NCBI GenBank assembly: GCA_964521295.1
Contig: CAZFRF010000001.1
Location: 850,066 to 914,065 of the forward strand
Source: an uncultured Gammaproteobacteria bacterium
GTDB taxonomy: Bacteria; Patescibacteriota; Microgenomatia; Levybacterales; UBA12049
Direction: 5' to 3'
DNA: 64,000 nucleotides
The position numbers were made by a program, and so were the translations under genes. Of this stretch, positions 45,987 through 55,688 are shown in pieces (the stretch's first letter is position 1; each line of letters begins with the position of its first letter). The notes under the pieces are model-generated. The model searched no databases. It saw only the letters and a program-made list of their open reading frames with translations, and was not told the DNA's origin.

Positions 45987-46880
45987 CCAAGATTCTTATG
46001 GTACTAAGTGAATAAATTTACTTAGATAAGTAAGATCCCCTAGATAAATAATTAGCAATCTCTTCTTTTTAATTATTAAAGAATAACTCTGTGAGTTTAT
46101 AAAAGGTAGTGTCAGCTGAATTAATACTTATTATTTTTATTAATAATAGGAAAGTAACAATAAGAGAATTGATAGTCATATAGTTTTTAATAACATTGTA
46201 TAAAATATAAATAGAGTGTAAATTTAACAATTTCTATAAGACAATTTTAAATTTATTATAAGACGATCATGTAATACAAAGAGAAATATATAATAATAAA
46301 ATTAAACAAATAATAGTTTTCGAGAAATTAAAAGGATTAAAATGGGAGGAAATTAATAAAAAATATATTTTGTAATATATGTATATATATTGATATAAAT
46401 AGAGGGTAAAAAGTGATTTTTGGGATTTGGATAGGGGATTTTAGAGATACATAATTTGAACAAAAGGTAATTAAGATTGATGAAAAAAATACGAATCTGG
46501 ATAAATGAAGCTAAAAATAATGATTACCGACTATTTACCGAACATAAAATTGATTAATTTAGCTTCAAATTGTGACTATTTCACAAGTTAGTACATGTCC
46601 TCGTAATTTTAGTACAATTATAGGTTAGATATTTAATCTTAACAGTACAAATAACTGAACAGATTGATTTGTCAATCTAAATAGTCATTTTTGATTAATA
46701 GCATTACGACGTATCGGATGCTAATTTAGCCTATTTTATAACCTATAAAAATGAATTCACGCGCATTTAAGTCATATTTTGGCTAAATTTGAAGCTAAAA
46801 CATGAATTCTATTTATTTTCGAATTAATATTGCTTTTAATTCTAATTGCATATTGTGGCTAAATAGACAATAATTTAATT

Positions 46881-47744
46881 ATGGACTTTAAATTCTTGCA
46901 AGATGATATATCTGGAAAATGGATTGTGTCTGCTCCCAGAAGAGCGAGGCGTCCTAGTGCGACTGGTGGAACAGAAATGTTTTGTCCATTTTGTTACGGT
47001 AGCGAAAAAGAAAACGATGAGTTATATAGGATACCCCAAGAAAATAATTGGAAAGTTAGAGTGATAAAGAATGCCTTTCCTTTTGCATCAGTCCATGAGG
47101 TTATAGTTCATTCTCCGGATCATCATAAAACATTTGATGAGCTCCCATTATCGCAATCTCAGCTTATTTTGGAAACATTTAAAAAACGATACAACGAACA
47201 TGCACAGAAAGGTAGTGTCTATATTTTTAACAATCATGGTGAGGCAGCAGGGGAAAGCCTTCCTCATCCGCACAGTCAACTGGTTGTAATAGGTGATAAT
47301 GTTAAATTGGATTTGCCGCATTATGAGATTGAAGCCAATGAGAAGATAAAAGAAACCGGGTTATTTACGATTTTTGCTCCATATCAGTCTCAATGGCCAG
47401 ATGAAGTTTGGGTGTATCCAAAAAAAAGGAATTCAACGTTTGGAGAGATTAATGAGGAAGAAATTAAAGATTTATCAAAGGTAATATATAGACTTATTCA
47501 GATCATGGATTTAAGACACGGTCATGAGTTTCCTTATAACTTTTATATTTATCCATATAGAGATTGGTATTTTAGACTTGTTCCCAGGATAAAGATAATT
47601 GGTGGTTTTGAAGTTGGTACCAATGTGTTTGTTAATACTCAAGATCCTAAGGAGACAATAGAATTCATAATTGAGCATTTTGATAATCCTGATTTTGAAA
47701 AAATAAAAACACTACATAAGGCTAAATATCATCGATTCTCTTAA
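46881..47744 (+). CDS. GalT-like (HIT superfamily) nucleotidyltransferase / hexose-1-phosphate uridylyltransferase family
   Basis: Zinc knuckle 'CPFCYGSE'. 'LPHPHSQLVVIG' is the HxHxQ active-site motif. Confidence 0.65.
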   Translation: MDFKFLQDDISGKWIVSAPRRARRPSATGGTEMFCPFCYGSEKENDELYRIPQENNWKVRVIKNAFPFASVHEVIVHSPDHHKTFDELPLSQSQLILETFKKRYNEHAQKGSVYIFNNHGEAAGESLPHPHSQLVVIGDNVKLDLPHYEIEANEKIKETGLFTIFAPYQSQWPDEVWVYPKKRNSTFGEINEEEIKDLSKVIYRLIQIMDLRHGHEFPYNFYIYPYRDWYFRLVPRIKIIGGFEVGTNVFVNTQDPKETIEFIIEHFDNPDFEKIKTLHKAKYHRFS

Positions 47745-47763
47745 GAATAATTAAATAGGGGAA

Positions 47764-47970
47764 TTAAACTTCTCTGGCTTGAATACCAAGTAGCCACAAT
47801 ACAGCTTCTTTTTTGTATCTTCTGTCTCCTCGGGAATTAATTCTAATTGGCGCTAGTTTACCTCTTTTGCCCCATCTCTTAATTGTTAGGGGAGATACTC
47901 TCAATATTTGAGCAACTTCTCTTACTGTTAGTAAATCTGGGAGGTTATTAATTGAAACTTGATCTGCCAT
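47764..47970 (-). CDS. Excisionase-family / MerR-like helix-turn-helix DNA-binding protein (68 aa)
   Basis: 'LTVREVAQILRVSPLTIKRWGKRGKLAPIRI' is the HTH_17/Xis-type signature. Confidence 0.6.
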   Translation of the reverse strand: MADQVSINNLPDLLTVREVAQILRVSPLTIKRWGKRGKLAPIRINSRGDRRYKKEAVLWLLGIQAREV

Positions 47971-48067
47971 ATGTTTAGTAAATCATTAATAATCAATATG
48001 ATTATTATATACTCTAAAGGTAACAAAATGTAACAAACTTGTCAATAGGTAAAAGACTTTTTGGCAA

Positions 48068-48097
48068 CAAAAAACCGCTCAATTGAGCGGTTGTTTG
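48068..48097 (-). terminator. Rho-independent terminator downstream of rplL (symmetric, potentially bidirectional)
   Basis: Perfect palindrome CCGCTCAATTGAGCGG (48075-48090) flanked by an A-run and TTGTTTG. Confidence 0.75.
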
Positions 48098-48115
48098 CGA
48101 ATTTCGCAACAAAGC

Positions 48116-48529
48116 TTATTTCAATTCAACAGTAGCACCAGCTGCTGTTAATTTTTCTTTAGCTTCATCTGCGGTTTTCTTATTAACTGCTGTTAATACT
48201 TCTTTTGGAGCTGAGTCAACTAAAGCTTTAGCTTCGGTTAGACCTAGGGTTGGAACTAATTCTCTTACAGCTTTAATAACTGCAATTTTAGTAGCACCAC
48301 CATTAGTAATAACAACGTTAAATACTGTTTGCTCAGAGGCAGCGTCTCCGCCCTCAGCAGCAGGAGCACTAGCAGCAGGAGCAGCTGCTACCATAGCGGC
48401 AGCGGATACTCCAAATTTTTCTTCTAATGCTTTTACAAATTCCGATAGTTCGAGAACTGACATCTCCTCAACTGCTTTAAGCAATTCTTCGTTAGTTAAT
48501 TTTGCCATATCAATTCTCACCTCCTTCAT
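48116..48529 (-). CDS. rplL: Ribosomal protein L7/L12. The true start is probably the second Met at 48508.
   Basis: '[34 protein letters not shown]...ATVELK'. Confidence 0.9.
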   Translation of the reverse strand: MKEVRIDMAKLTNEELLKAVEEMSVLELSEFVKALEEKFGVSAAAMVAAAPAASAPAAEGGDAASEQTVFNVVITNGGATKIAVIKAVRELVPTLGLTEAKALVDSAPKEVLTAVNKKTADEAKEKLTAAGATVELK

Positions 48530-49193
48530 TTTTTACTTCTTCATTAGTTTCATTTAGGGCTTGAGTTTCTTCTTTTTTCTCTTCTGTTGTTGTTTCTGGT
48601 TGAGTTGCTTCTACTGCTGGAGTTTCTGTAGCTGCGCTTGCTGCCATTGCTGGTTTTGCTTTCGCAACTGCATTAAGAGTCATAACTAATTTTTGTAAAT
48701 TCCAGTTTAATGCTCTGTGTAATCCAGAAATTGGAGATTTGAGTCCAACTGCAATTTGAGTTAATAATGTTTCTCTTGATGGTAAAGTGGAAAGTTTAAT
48801 AACTTGTTCGCCTGTAATAAAGTTTTTTTCCATTATTCCGAATTTTACGCTTGGTAAATTAAGTTCTTTAATTGTTTTTGCCAATGCTTTTAATGGACTA
48901 ACGATGTCACCATATAAAAATAAAGTGCCTGTAGGGCCTTGTAGTGACAAGTTTTCAGATAGAGTCATTTTATTTTCAGCTAAAGCGATAGTTAAAAGAG
49001 AGTTTTTAGCTACTACGAATTCGGCCTCAAAGGGCTTAATAGCTTTTTTAAGTTCTTCAATTTGTTTGTGGGTAAGGCCTCCGTAGTTTGTAAAAACTAC
49101 TGCATTAGCCTTAGCAAACATATCTGTTAAAACCTGTACGGTTTCAATTTTCTTTTGCTTATTAGCTGTGATTTTTGGTTCTTTGGTATCCAT
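48510..49193 (-). CDS. rplJ: Ribosomal protein L10 with a ~50-aa acidic Thr/Glu-rich C-terminal extension
   Basis: '[23 protein letters not shown]...VVAKNSLL'. Tail '...[40 protein letters not shown]'. Confidence 0.85.
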   Translation of the reverse strand: MDTKEPKITANKQKKIETVQVLTDMFAKANAVVFTNYGGLTHKQIEELKKAIKPFEAEFVVAKNSLLTIALAENKMTLSENLSLQGPTGTLFLYGDIVSPLKALAKTIKELNLPSVKFGIMEKNFITGEQVIKLSTLPSRETLLTQIAVGLKSPISGLHRALNWNLQKLVMTLNAVAKAKPAMAASAATETPAVEATQPETTTEEKKEETQALNETNEEVKNEGGEN

Positions 49194-49217
49194 AAAAAAA
49201 CTCGCCCTAAGCGAGTA
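49194..49217 (-). terminator. Hairpin plus U-tract immediately 5' of the rplJ start codon (terminator of the upstream gene and/or leader attenuator)
   Basis: On the minus strand, ACTCGCttaggGCGAGT is followed by TTTTTTT, which abuts the ATG. Confidence 0.5.
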
Positions 49218-49326
49218 AAAGAGCAGATATAGATTGCTCGTTCATTCCTCGACAGGACTTATCTTTGCGCCTGTTGTCTTAGGTAATATGTAGTTTAACA
49301 AATATTTGGTCTTAAGTCAATGCTAA

Positions 49327-49950
49327 TTACTCTCTAATTTTGATCTGCTGCATGGGTCGAGAGTAGGAAATTCCCTGTGAGTGTGCCGCTTGTCTAACTG
49401 CTGCAACCTTAGGATCAATTGAAAAAGTGGGAATTTCAAGGATATCCATTATCGATTTTCCTCTTTGTGTGTTGTGAACAATATGAAATCTTGTAGGTGT
49501 CCATAATACATCTAATTCCTCGGCTGTGGGAGCTTCTGGCTTTTTCCAATTAGGTAGTTGAAAAGTATGTTCTCTACATAATTTTATAATAGAAGGTTGG
49601 TCTGGTCCAAGATCTTCAGGAGGAATGGCTCTGTAATGTAAATCTTCATTAAAAAATACTCCCAATTCTTGCATTGCCATATCTTCTTTTGGATGATGGT
49701 TAGATCTTTCACATATGTCGAGGCCATTATCCACTAATGTCGTAACCGTTAATTGAGCTCTAATTCTTCCTCCCTCAGTCAATATTAAGTCTCCCATGTC
49801 AGCATACCCTTGAGCAATTGCTTCTCGAGCATGGTTTAAAGCGACAACTGCGGAGTTGAATCGTTCAATTGCAGCGTGTGTTTGTCTTGCTTTTGTATCA
49901 ACAAGACTACTGAGCTCTAGATATGGATCTTCTTTTGTTCTTTTGGTCAT
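49327..49950 (-). CDS. Hypothetical 207-aa protein, Ala/Arg/His/Gln-rich
   Basis: ORF only. Composition unlike the flanking ribosomal genes. Confidence 0.4.
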   Translation of the reverse strand: MTKRTKEDPYLELSSLVDTKARQTHAAIERFNSAVVALNHAREAIAQGYADMGDLILTEGGRIRAQLTVTTLVDNGLDICERSNHHPKEDMAMQELGVFFNEDLHYRAIPPEDLGPDQPSIIKLCREHTFQLPNWKKPEAPTAEELDVLWTPTRFHIVHNTQRGKSIMDILEIPTFSIDPKVAAVRQAAHSQGISYSRPMQQIKIRE

Positions 49951-50012
49951 GCGAGGATTTTAGGTATTGGCTTGGGTTTTGTCAATAATTAAGCTATAAT
50001 TAGTGAGATTTT

Positions 50013-50840
50013 ATGTCAAGAACACGTGTTTTACATTTTAACCTCAAAATAAAAGGCCAAAAGGATAAACTGACCTTATTTAGCTTGCCAAAGAGTAATA
50101 AATACCAAACAATTTCTGGTTTAAAATACTCTAAAAAAAACTTTTCAAAAATCATAGAGAAGCAATTTGGTAATGAATTGGTTATTTTAGAAGGTGGTAT
50201 TGAAGCCAATCTTGAATTCAAGGCTGTGTTAAAAAGTATTGACATGCCTATTAAACAAGAACTTAAGAGTAAATTAATCTTCAATGACAAATTTATTAAT
50301 TCTAAAGATATAAAGATAAGAGAGATTGCTAAAAAACTTAAGGGTAAAACATTACAAGACACAATTGCTAATACATATCAATATGTGGTTGATTATCTGG
50401 ATTATGGATATCCATATCAAGGTCTTTATACATATGCTCAATCGCTACGAGACAGGGTAACTGATTGTGGGGGATTTTCAACTTTACTTATGTCTCTATT
50501 GTCTGCTAATAAAATTAATTCAAGACTTGTTGTTGGATTTATATTAAAAGATAACAGAGCAACAAAATTACTCATTAATTTTCCCATAATGCCATTAACT
50601 TTTGATAACTTATATATGCATGTATGGGTAGAAGCTGAGTCTTCTAAAAATTTGTGGCTAACTTTAGATCCGTCACTCGAAAAAAGGAGACAAAAAGGAT
50701 TAACTAAAAGAAAAGGTGGATATGAAAAGCTTCCAGCTGATAGATTAATTACATCTTTTGGACACAATTTGCAAGTGAAAATAAATAATAAAAAAATTAA
50801 TTTTCCAATTGTACAAAATCCTGTGAGTATAAAAATATGA
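50013..50840 (+). CDS. Transglutaminase-like superfamily protein (Cys-His-Asp core)
   Basis: 'VTDCGGFSTLLMSLLSANKINSRLVVGF' holds the Cys. His lies in 'YMHVWVEA'. Asp lies in 'TLDPS'. Confidence 0.6.
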   Translation: MSRTRVLHFNLKIKGQKDKLTLFSLPKSNKYQTISGLKYSKKNFSKIIEKQFGNELVILEGGIEANLEFKAVLKSIDMPIKQELKSKLIFNDKFINSKDIKIREIAKKLKGKTLQDTIANTYQYVVDYLDYGYPYQGLYTYAQSLRDRVTDCGGFSTLLMSLLSANKINSRLVVGFILKDNRATKLLINFPIMPLTFDNLYMHVWVEAESSKNLWLTLDPSLEKRRQKGLTKRKGGYEKLPADRLITSFGHNLQVKINNKKINFPIVQNPVSIKI

Positions 50841-52021
50841 TTTCAACCGACTTTGCATCAAATGAAATGCTAAAAGACGCACTATTGTCTTTTAGCTTGA
50901 TGTTCACACCTTGGGACTGGAATAGTAAAGACCTGTCAAAAGATTTAGAAGCAGAAATAAGTAAGCTTTTGAGGCTAAAAAAAGAAAATATTTTTTTCTT
51001 TTTAACTGGAAGAAGTGCGTTGCTTAATGTTTTTAAAGCATTAGGGCTAAAGGAAAATGAGGGAGTATTGGTGCAAACATTTACTTGCGAGGCTGTAGTT
51101 TTGCCAATTTTACATTTAAAATTAATCCCACAGTACGTAGATATAGAAAAAGATACCTTTTCTATGGATTTAAATAGCTTAAAAAAAAGAATTACTAAAA
51201 ATAGTAGGGTTTTGGTATTGCAAAGTACATTCGGTTTAAGGCCAAAATATAAAGACGCGATACTAAGAATAGCAAAACAACATAAATTAATTGTCGTAGA
51301 GGATTTAGCACATGGTTTTAGTAAGGAAAACCTAGTAGAAAATACTATAAAGATTGTTTCATTTGGTAGGTCTAAATCTTTCTCATCAGTTTGGGGAGGA
51401 GCAATGATCTGTAAAGATAAAAATATTGTAAATGCAATCCAAATATTAAATAATGAGTTAAAAGATCCCTCATATATTTTCATACTACAAGCTTTGTTTT
51501 ATAAACAGTTTTCTGTGTTAATTAAATCGACATACGACATTTTATTGGGAAAATTTTTGCACAAGTTGATTGGACAAAAAATTCTCAGTAAAGAAATAAC
51601 AAATATTGAAAAAAAAATGCGTTTTGATGAGGCATTGAATAAAAAGTATCCCGCAGTTTTTGCGAAGCTTTTATGGCTACAGTTGAAAGACCAAGATGCT
51701 ATTAGGATGCAAAGAGAAAAGATAACAATTCTATATTCTAAATATTTTAAAAATGATTACAAAGGATCTTTGATTAGATATCCAGTTTTGGTTAAAAATC
51801 CTACTAAGCTTTTATCAATTTTAGCTTCAAAAAATATATTTTTGGGTAACTGGTATAATGATGTGATTGCGCCAAAAAATTTGAACTTATTAAAGCTTTT
51901 ATATAAAAAGGGTGCATGTCCCAATGCGGAAGATATAACTAGACATATTATTAATTTGCCAACTTTAATTTCAGAAAATAAAGCTAAATATATTCTTAAA
52001 TTAATTCATGATAACAGTTAA
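50837..52021 (+). CDS. DegT/DnrJ/EryC1/StrS family PLP-dependent (sugar) aminotransferase
   Basis: 'LIVVEDLAHGF' and 'VSFGRSKSFSSVWGGAMI' (Lys region). 4-bp overlap with the upstream gene. Confidence 0.6.
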   Translation: MISTDFASNEMLKDALLSFSLMFTPWDWNSKDLSKDLEAEISKLLRLKKENIFFFLTGRSALLNVFKALGLKENEGVLVQTFTCEAVVLPILHLKLIPQYVDIEKDTFSMDLNSLKKRITKNSRVLVLQSTFGLRPKYKDAILRIAKQHKLIVVEDLAHGFSKENLVENTIKIVSFGRSKSFSSVWGGAMICKDKNIVNAIQILNNELKDPSYIFILQALFYKQFSVLIKSTYDILLGKFLHKLIGQKILSKEITNIEKKMRFDEALNKKYPAVFAKLLWLQLKDQDAIRMQREKITILYSKYFKNDYKGSLIRYPVLVKNPTKLLSILASKNIFLGNWYNDVIAPKNLNLLKLLYKKGACPNAEDITRHIINLPTLISENKAKYILKLIHDNS

Positions 52022-53021
52022 AGAAATACAGAACCAAAAAACTTGGGATAACTTTTACAATCAATATGGCGAAGAAACATTCTTGCAGTCTTGGGAATGG
52101 GGATTTTTGCAAGAAAGTATAGGAAATATTCCTTTACGATTAGGTGTTTATGATGATAAAAGTTTAAAGGCAATTGTGCAGGTGTTAAAAGTCAAAGCTC
52201 AGAGGGGAAACTTTTTATTTGTTCCACATGGTCCCTTAACAAAGACTAGCTCGATATATTTAAAACAAATTTTAAAATATTTACATTTAATTGCTAAAAA
52301 AGAAGGATATTTGCACCTAAGAGTGGCTCCAATTTTAGAAAAAACATCTCAAAATAAGTCAATATTTTCTAAAGCTGGTTTTAAAAAGGCAGCAACTCAC
52401 ATGCATGCCGAAAACGTATGGATTTTAGACCTTGCTAAGTCAGAGGAAGAGCTCTTGCAGAGTATGCGCAAGACAACCCGGTATTTAATTAGAAAGGCTA
52501 TTAAGGAAGAAGTGGTAATTGAAAAAATTTCAGATATTTCAGCTTTAAATAAATTTTGGAAAGTGTATGAAAAAACAGTTGAAAGAGAAAATTTTACGCC
52601 ATTTTCCAAAGAATTTATAAAAAAAGAATTTGAAGCTTTTAATAGTACTGGAAATGCGATTTTTCTCTTAGGTAGAGAGAAGGATTCCAATAAGATATTA
52701 GCTGCAGCTTTAATTATATTTAATAAAAAAACAGGGTTTTACCATCAGGGAGCATCTTTGCATAGCAAGGTCCCAGTAGCATATCTTTTGCAGTGGGAAG
52801 CTATTCTTGAGGCTAAAAAAAGAGGCTGTTTATATTATAATTTTTGGGGAATTGCACCAGATGAAAATCCTAAGCATCCTTGGTATGGGTTAACTTTATT
52901 TAAAAAAGGATTTAATGGATTCCAGAAAGATTATTTAGATACTCAAGATTATATATTTTCCCCTTTATATTATGCGACATACATTTATGAAAGATTAGTT
53001 AAGTGGAAAAGGAATTTGTAG
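52008..53021 (+). CDS. FemAB-family (tRNA-dependent aminoacyl/peptidyl-transferase-like) protein
   Basis: 'WDNFYNQYGEETFLQSWEWGFLQE', 'FVPHGPL', 'YHQGASLH...AYLLQWEAILEAKKRGCLYYNFWGI' follow the FemAB pattern. 14-bp overlap with the upstream gene. Confidence 0.55.
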   Translation: MITVKEIQNQKTWDNFYNQYGEETFLQSWEWGFLQESIGNIPLRLGVYDDKSLKAIVQVLKVKAQRGNFLFVPHGPLTKTSSIYLKQILKYLHLIAKKEGYLHLRVAPILEKTSQNKSIFSKAGFKKAATHMHAENVWILDLAKSEEELLQSMRKTTRYLIRKAIKEEVVIEKISDISALNKFWKVYEKTVERENFTPFSKEFIKKEFEAFNSTGNAIFLLGREKDSNKILAAALIIFNKKTGFYHQGASLHSKVPVAYLLQWEAILEAKKRGCLYYNFWGIAPDENPKHPWYGLTLFKKGFNGFQKDYLDTQDYIFSPLYYATYIYERLVKWKRNL

Positions 53022-53075
53022 TTGACAACTCTACGATAGATATAATATTATTTCATGAAAGCTTCCCAAATTTAG

Positions 53076-54101
53076 ATGAGATCTAATCAAGAAACCGCAG
53101 CTGTTATTGGATCAGGCGTAATTGGCCTAACCACAGCTCTTGAAGCCCAAAGAGCAGGTTTTAGGCGGGTAAAAATATATACAGAAAAACCTCCATTATC
53201 CACAACTTCAGTTAAAGCGGGTGCAGTTTTTGAGCCTTATGAGCCTGGTAGGCTGGATGTTGCTACGATAAATAGATTTGTAACTGTAGGAATGCAAAGA
53301 TATGAGGAGATAGTCGATGATCATCCAGAAAGCGAAACTGGAATAAGGATGCATGATTTATATATTGCATCACACGCTCCAATGGATACTGAAAGATACT
53401 CTTTTTTAGATGTATTACCCTCTAGGCCATCATATTTACACGCAGTCAGTGATAGAGTGCCTGGTGATTATTCACATGCAATTAAAGTTGAAGTACCAAT
53501 GATTGATCCAAATTTCGCATTACCGTGGCTAGTTGGAAAATTTGTTAATCAGGGTGGAGATATAGCATCTTTTCAAAAAATAGAAAATATCGACCAGTTT
53601 TTAAGAGACGTCCCGGAAAGAGTAGTTTTTAACTGTTCAGGGTTGGGCGCACGCGAGTTAATTGGAGATACTGAGCTTACTCCTGTAAGAGGTCAAATTG
53701 CAGTAGCAAGGTATTCAAGGCCTGGATATGATTATTCAGTTTTAGGAGACGATGCATTTTATGCATTTCCTAGGCAAGCGCAGGTCGTTTTAGGTGGCTC
53801 GATCGAAAGGGGTCAAGAGGAAGAATCAACAACGGAAAGAATAAATGAAATAATTGAACATGCAAGGCTAATTATTCCTGATTTGAAAAATTCAGATATA
53901 GTCCTAACATATGCTGGGTTAAGGCCATTTAGAGCATCTGGCCCCAGAATTGAGATAGACGATAGGGTAATCGGTAAAACCCATGTAGTTAATACTGGAT
54001 TTGGTGGTTCAGGATGGACATTTTGCTTTGGAGCCGCAGAAAAAGCAGTTGGATTAGTAAGGCCACATGATTATGCGATGCCAGTACCTCAGGCTGCATA
54101 A
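53076..54101 (+). CDS. FAD-dependent oxidoreductase of the D-amino-acid oxidase / glycine oxidase family
   Basis: Rossmann 'AVIGSGVIGLTTALEAQRAGFRRVKIY'. DAO-like length and layout. Confidence 0.65.
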   Translation: MRSNQETAAVIGSGVIGLTTALEAQRAGFRRVKIYTEKPPLSTTSVKAGAVFEPYEPGRLDVATINRFVTVGMQRYEEIVDDHPESETGIRMHDLYIASHAPMDTERYSFLDVLPSRPSYLHAVSDRVPGDYSHAIKVEVPMIDPNFALPWLVGKFVNQGGDIASFQKIENIDQFLRDVPERVVFNCSGLGARELIGDTELTPVRGQIAVARYSRPGYDYSVLGDDAFYAFPRQAQVVLGGSIERGQEEESTTERINEIIEHARLIIPDLKNSDIVLTYAGLRPFRASGPRIEIDDRVIGKTHVVNTGFGGSGWTFCFGAAEKAVGLVRPHDYAMPVPQAA

Positions 54102-54152
54102 AATATATCCTATAATATTTACTTTATATTCTCATTTTGGTATAATTAATTC

Positions 54153-55688
54153 ATGGAAAGACCAAGATTTATCAATCCAGAAGTAGCTAGAGATATTACA
54201 CCTAGATTGACTGGTATAGAGCCCGATAATGGAACCTTAAGAAGGGCAATTCAGATTAAAAATGCTGTTGTTGCAACCAGTGAATCTTTGGGGATGCAAC
54301 CCTTTTCTGTAGTAAAAGAAATAAGGCTCGCTAATGCTTCTGCTCCAGATCAAGCACGGGCAATAGAAAAAGAAAGAGTTGAAAAATTTGCTTATGTAGG
54401 AGACATCCATGGTTTTACTCCTCAAAAACAAGCAGAAATAGAAGAACCATTGCTTACAGGTAATTTCGATCAAATATTTTTTACTGGAGATATTGGTGGT
54501 TCTGATCTATTAGCAAAATTACAGAAATTATTCTACCAAGGTGGCAATACTGGAAATGTAAGTTTAATGTGGAATAGATATAAGCAATTAGCTCAACAAG
54601 CTCAGCAAAATGGAGATCAAATTAGCGATGAAGTTATGCTTACAGAATTAAGAGAAGGATATTTAAATATAGCTTCTTTTGAAAAAACATTGATAGATCA
54701 ATCTTTGTCTGAGGAAAAAGCGAGAGAACAAGTTGTTGAAATGTCAGATGTAGAGATAGTTGCAGATATAAAAAGAATTGTTTCTCATGTACATTTTGGT
54801 CACTACGTAGCTGATTTACCAGAGGAAGCAATTGACAGATTAGCTCAGGATGTTAGGGGAAATTATGAAAGATTTGCTGATTTTGTGGGTGCGATAAAAG
54901 ATCAAACAGGCGCAGATGTTTTTGTTGCAGAAGGAAATTGGGATGCAAGACTTCCTTTTGATTTTAGAAGAGGTACTGAAAAACCAGAGCCGCTTCCAAT
55001 TAAGGAAAGAAGATTTTATGGCGCTGATATTTTAAGAGCAAAAGGCGTCAGTTTCATAACTGAACCAACAATTGTTGCATCGGATACAGCTTTACATTTA
55101 GTATTGCCTTTTGACTCATTAGCTAAGCCAGCAGATCCAGATTTAGTTAAAACATTGTTTTTAGATGCTGCAAGTAAAGCAGGAAGAAGAGAGGTTTTGA
55201 CAGTTGGTCATGCAGTTTTATCTTGGGATGCTCATGGAAATACAACTCCTACTAAAGAAGGAGAAACAACAACAGCTAATTTTCGAGATTGGATTCAAAT
55301 CTTTAGGCCATCACAGGCAATTACTGGACACGAACATTTTCCATTAAAAGATAGAGATGGAAATAATGCTCCAAATATTAAATATGGAATTAAGATAGAT
55401 AGTTCGGGAGAGGCTGATGTTGCTCCATATTTATCACCTGATGTCTTAAACTCAATTGATGATATTAGGGTTGAATTAGCTAGGGAAAGAGAAGCTACAT
55501 CATTTGAGATTGCAGTGCCTACGATTGTAAGTCCTGTTCCAATGTCAGATCAATTAACAGGCTCAAGAATCGCTCATACTGAGCTACTTAGAGATTTGGG
55601 ACCACAACAAAATAGGAATGAAATTAGAGGAAGAGGTGGAAAAGCATCTCCAGTAAGAGTTGATTTACCTGTTAACAATATTTCTTAA
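54153..55688 (+). CDS. Calcineurin-like metallophosphoesterase domain protein (511 aa)
   Basis: 'YVGDIHG', 'FTGDIGG', 'AEGNWD', 'TGHEH' phosphoesterase motifs. Confidence 0.6.
   Translation: MERPRFINPEVARDITPRLTGIEPDNGTLRRAIQIKNAVVATSESLGMQPFSVVKEIRLANASAPDQARAIEKERVEKFAYVGDIHGFTPQKQAEIEEPLLTGNFDQIFFTGDIGGSDLLAKLQKLFYQGGNTGNVSLMWNRYKQLAQQAQQNGDQISDEVMLTELREGYLNIASFEKTLIDQSLSEEKAREQVVEMSDVEIVADIKRIVSHVHFGHYVADLPEEAIDRLAQDVRGNYERFADFVGAIKDQTGADVFVAEGNWDARLPFDFRRGTEKPEPLPIKERRFYGADILRAKGVSFITEPTIVASDTALHLVLPFDSLAKPADPDLVKTLFLDAASKAGRREVLTVGHAVLSWDAHGNTTPTKEGETTTANFRDWIQIFRPSQAITGHEHFPLKDRDGNNAPNIKYGIKIDSSGEADVAPYLSPDVLNSIDDIRVELAREREATSFEIAVPTIVSPVPMSDQLTGSRIAHTELLRDLGPQQNRNEIRGRGGKASPVRVDLPVNNIS

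Noticed and set aside
45987-46880. Origin of replication (oriC) in the long AT-rich gap.
   Set aside because: No dnaA or dnaN nearby, and I could not find TTATCCACA-type DnaA boxes by eye. It is kept only as one of several possibilities in the finding.
49194-49326. A structured L10(L12)4 autoregulatory leader upstream of rplJ.
   Set aside because: Only a single terminator-like hairpin is evident. The conserved kink-turn / L10-binding mimic could not be recognised by eye, so it is reported only as a hairpin/attenuator candidate.
50000-51483. Minus-strand ORFs 50797-51483 (228 aa), 50000-50362 and 50438-50767 in the track.
   Set aside because: They overlap well-supported plus-strand genes (transglutaminase-like, DegT-like) on the opposite strand, have low-complexity Phe/Ser/Leu/Lys translations typical of AT-rich antisense frames, and have no motifs.
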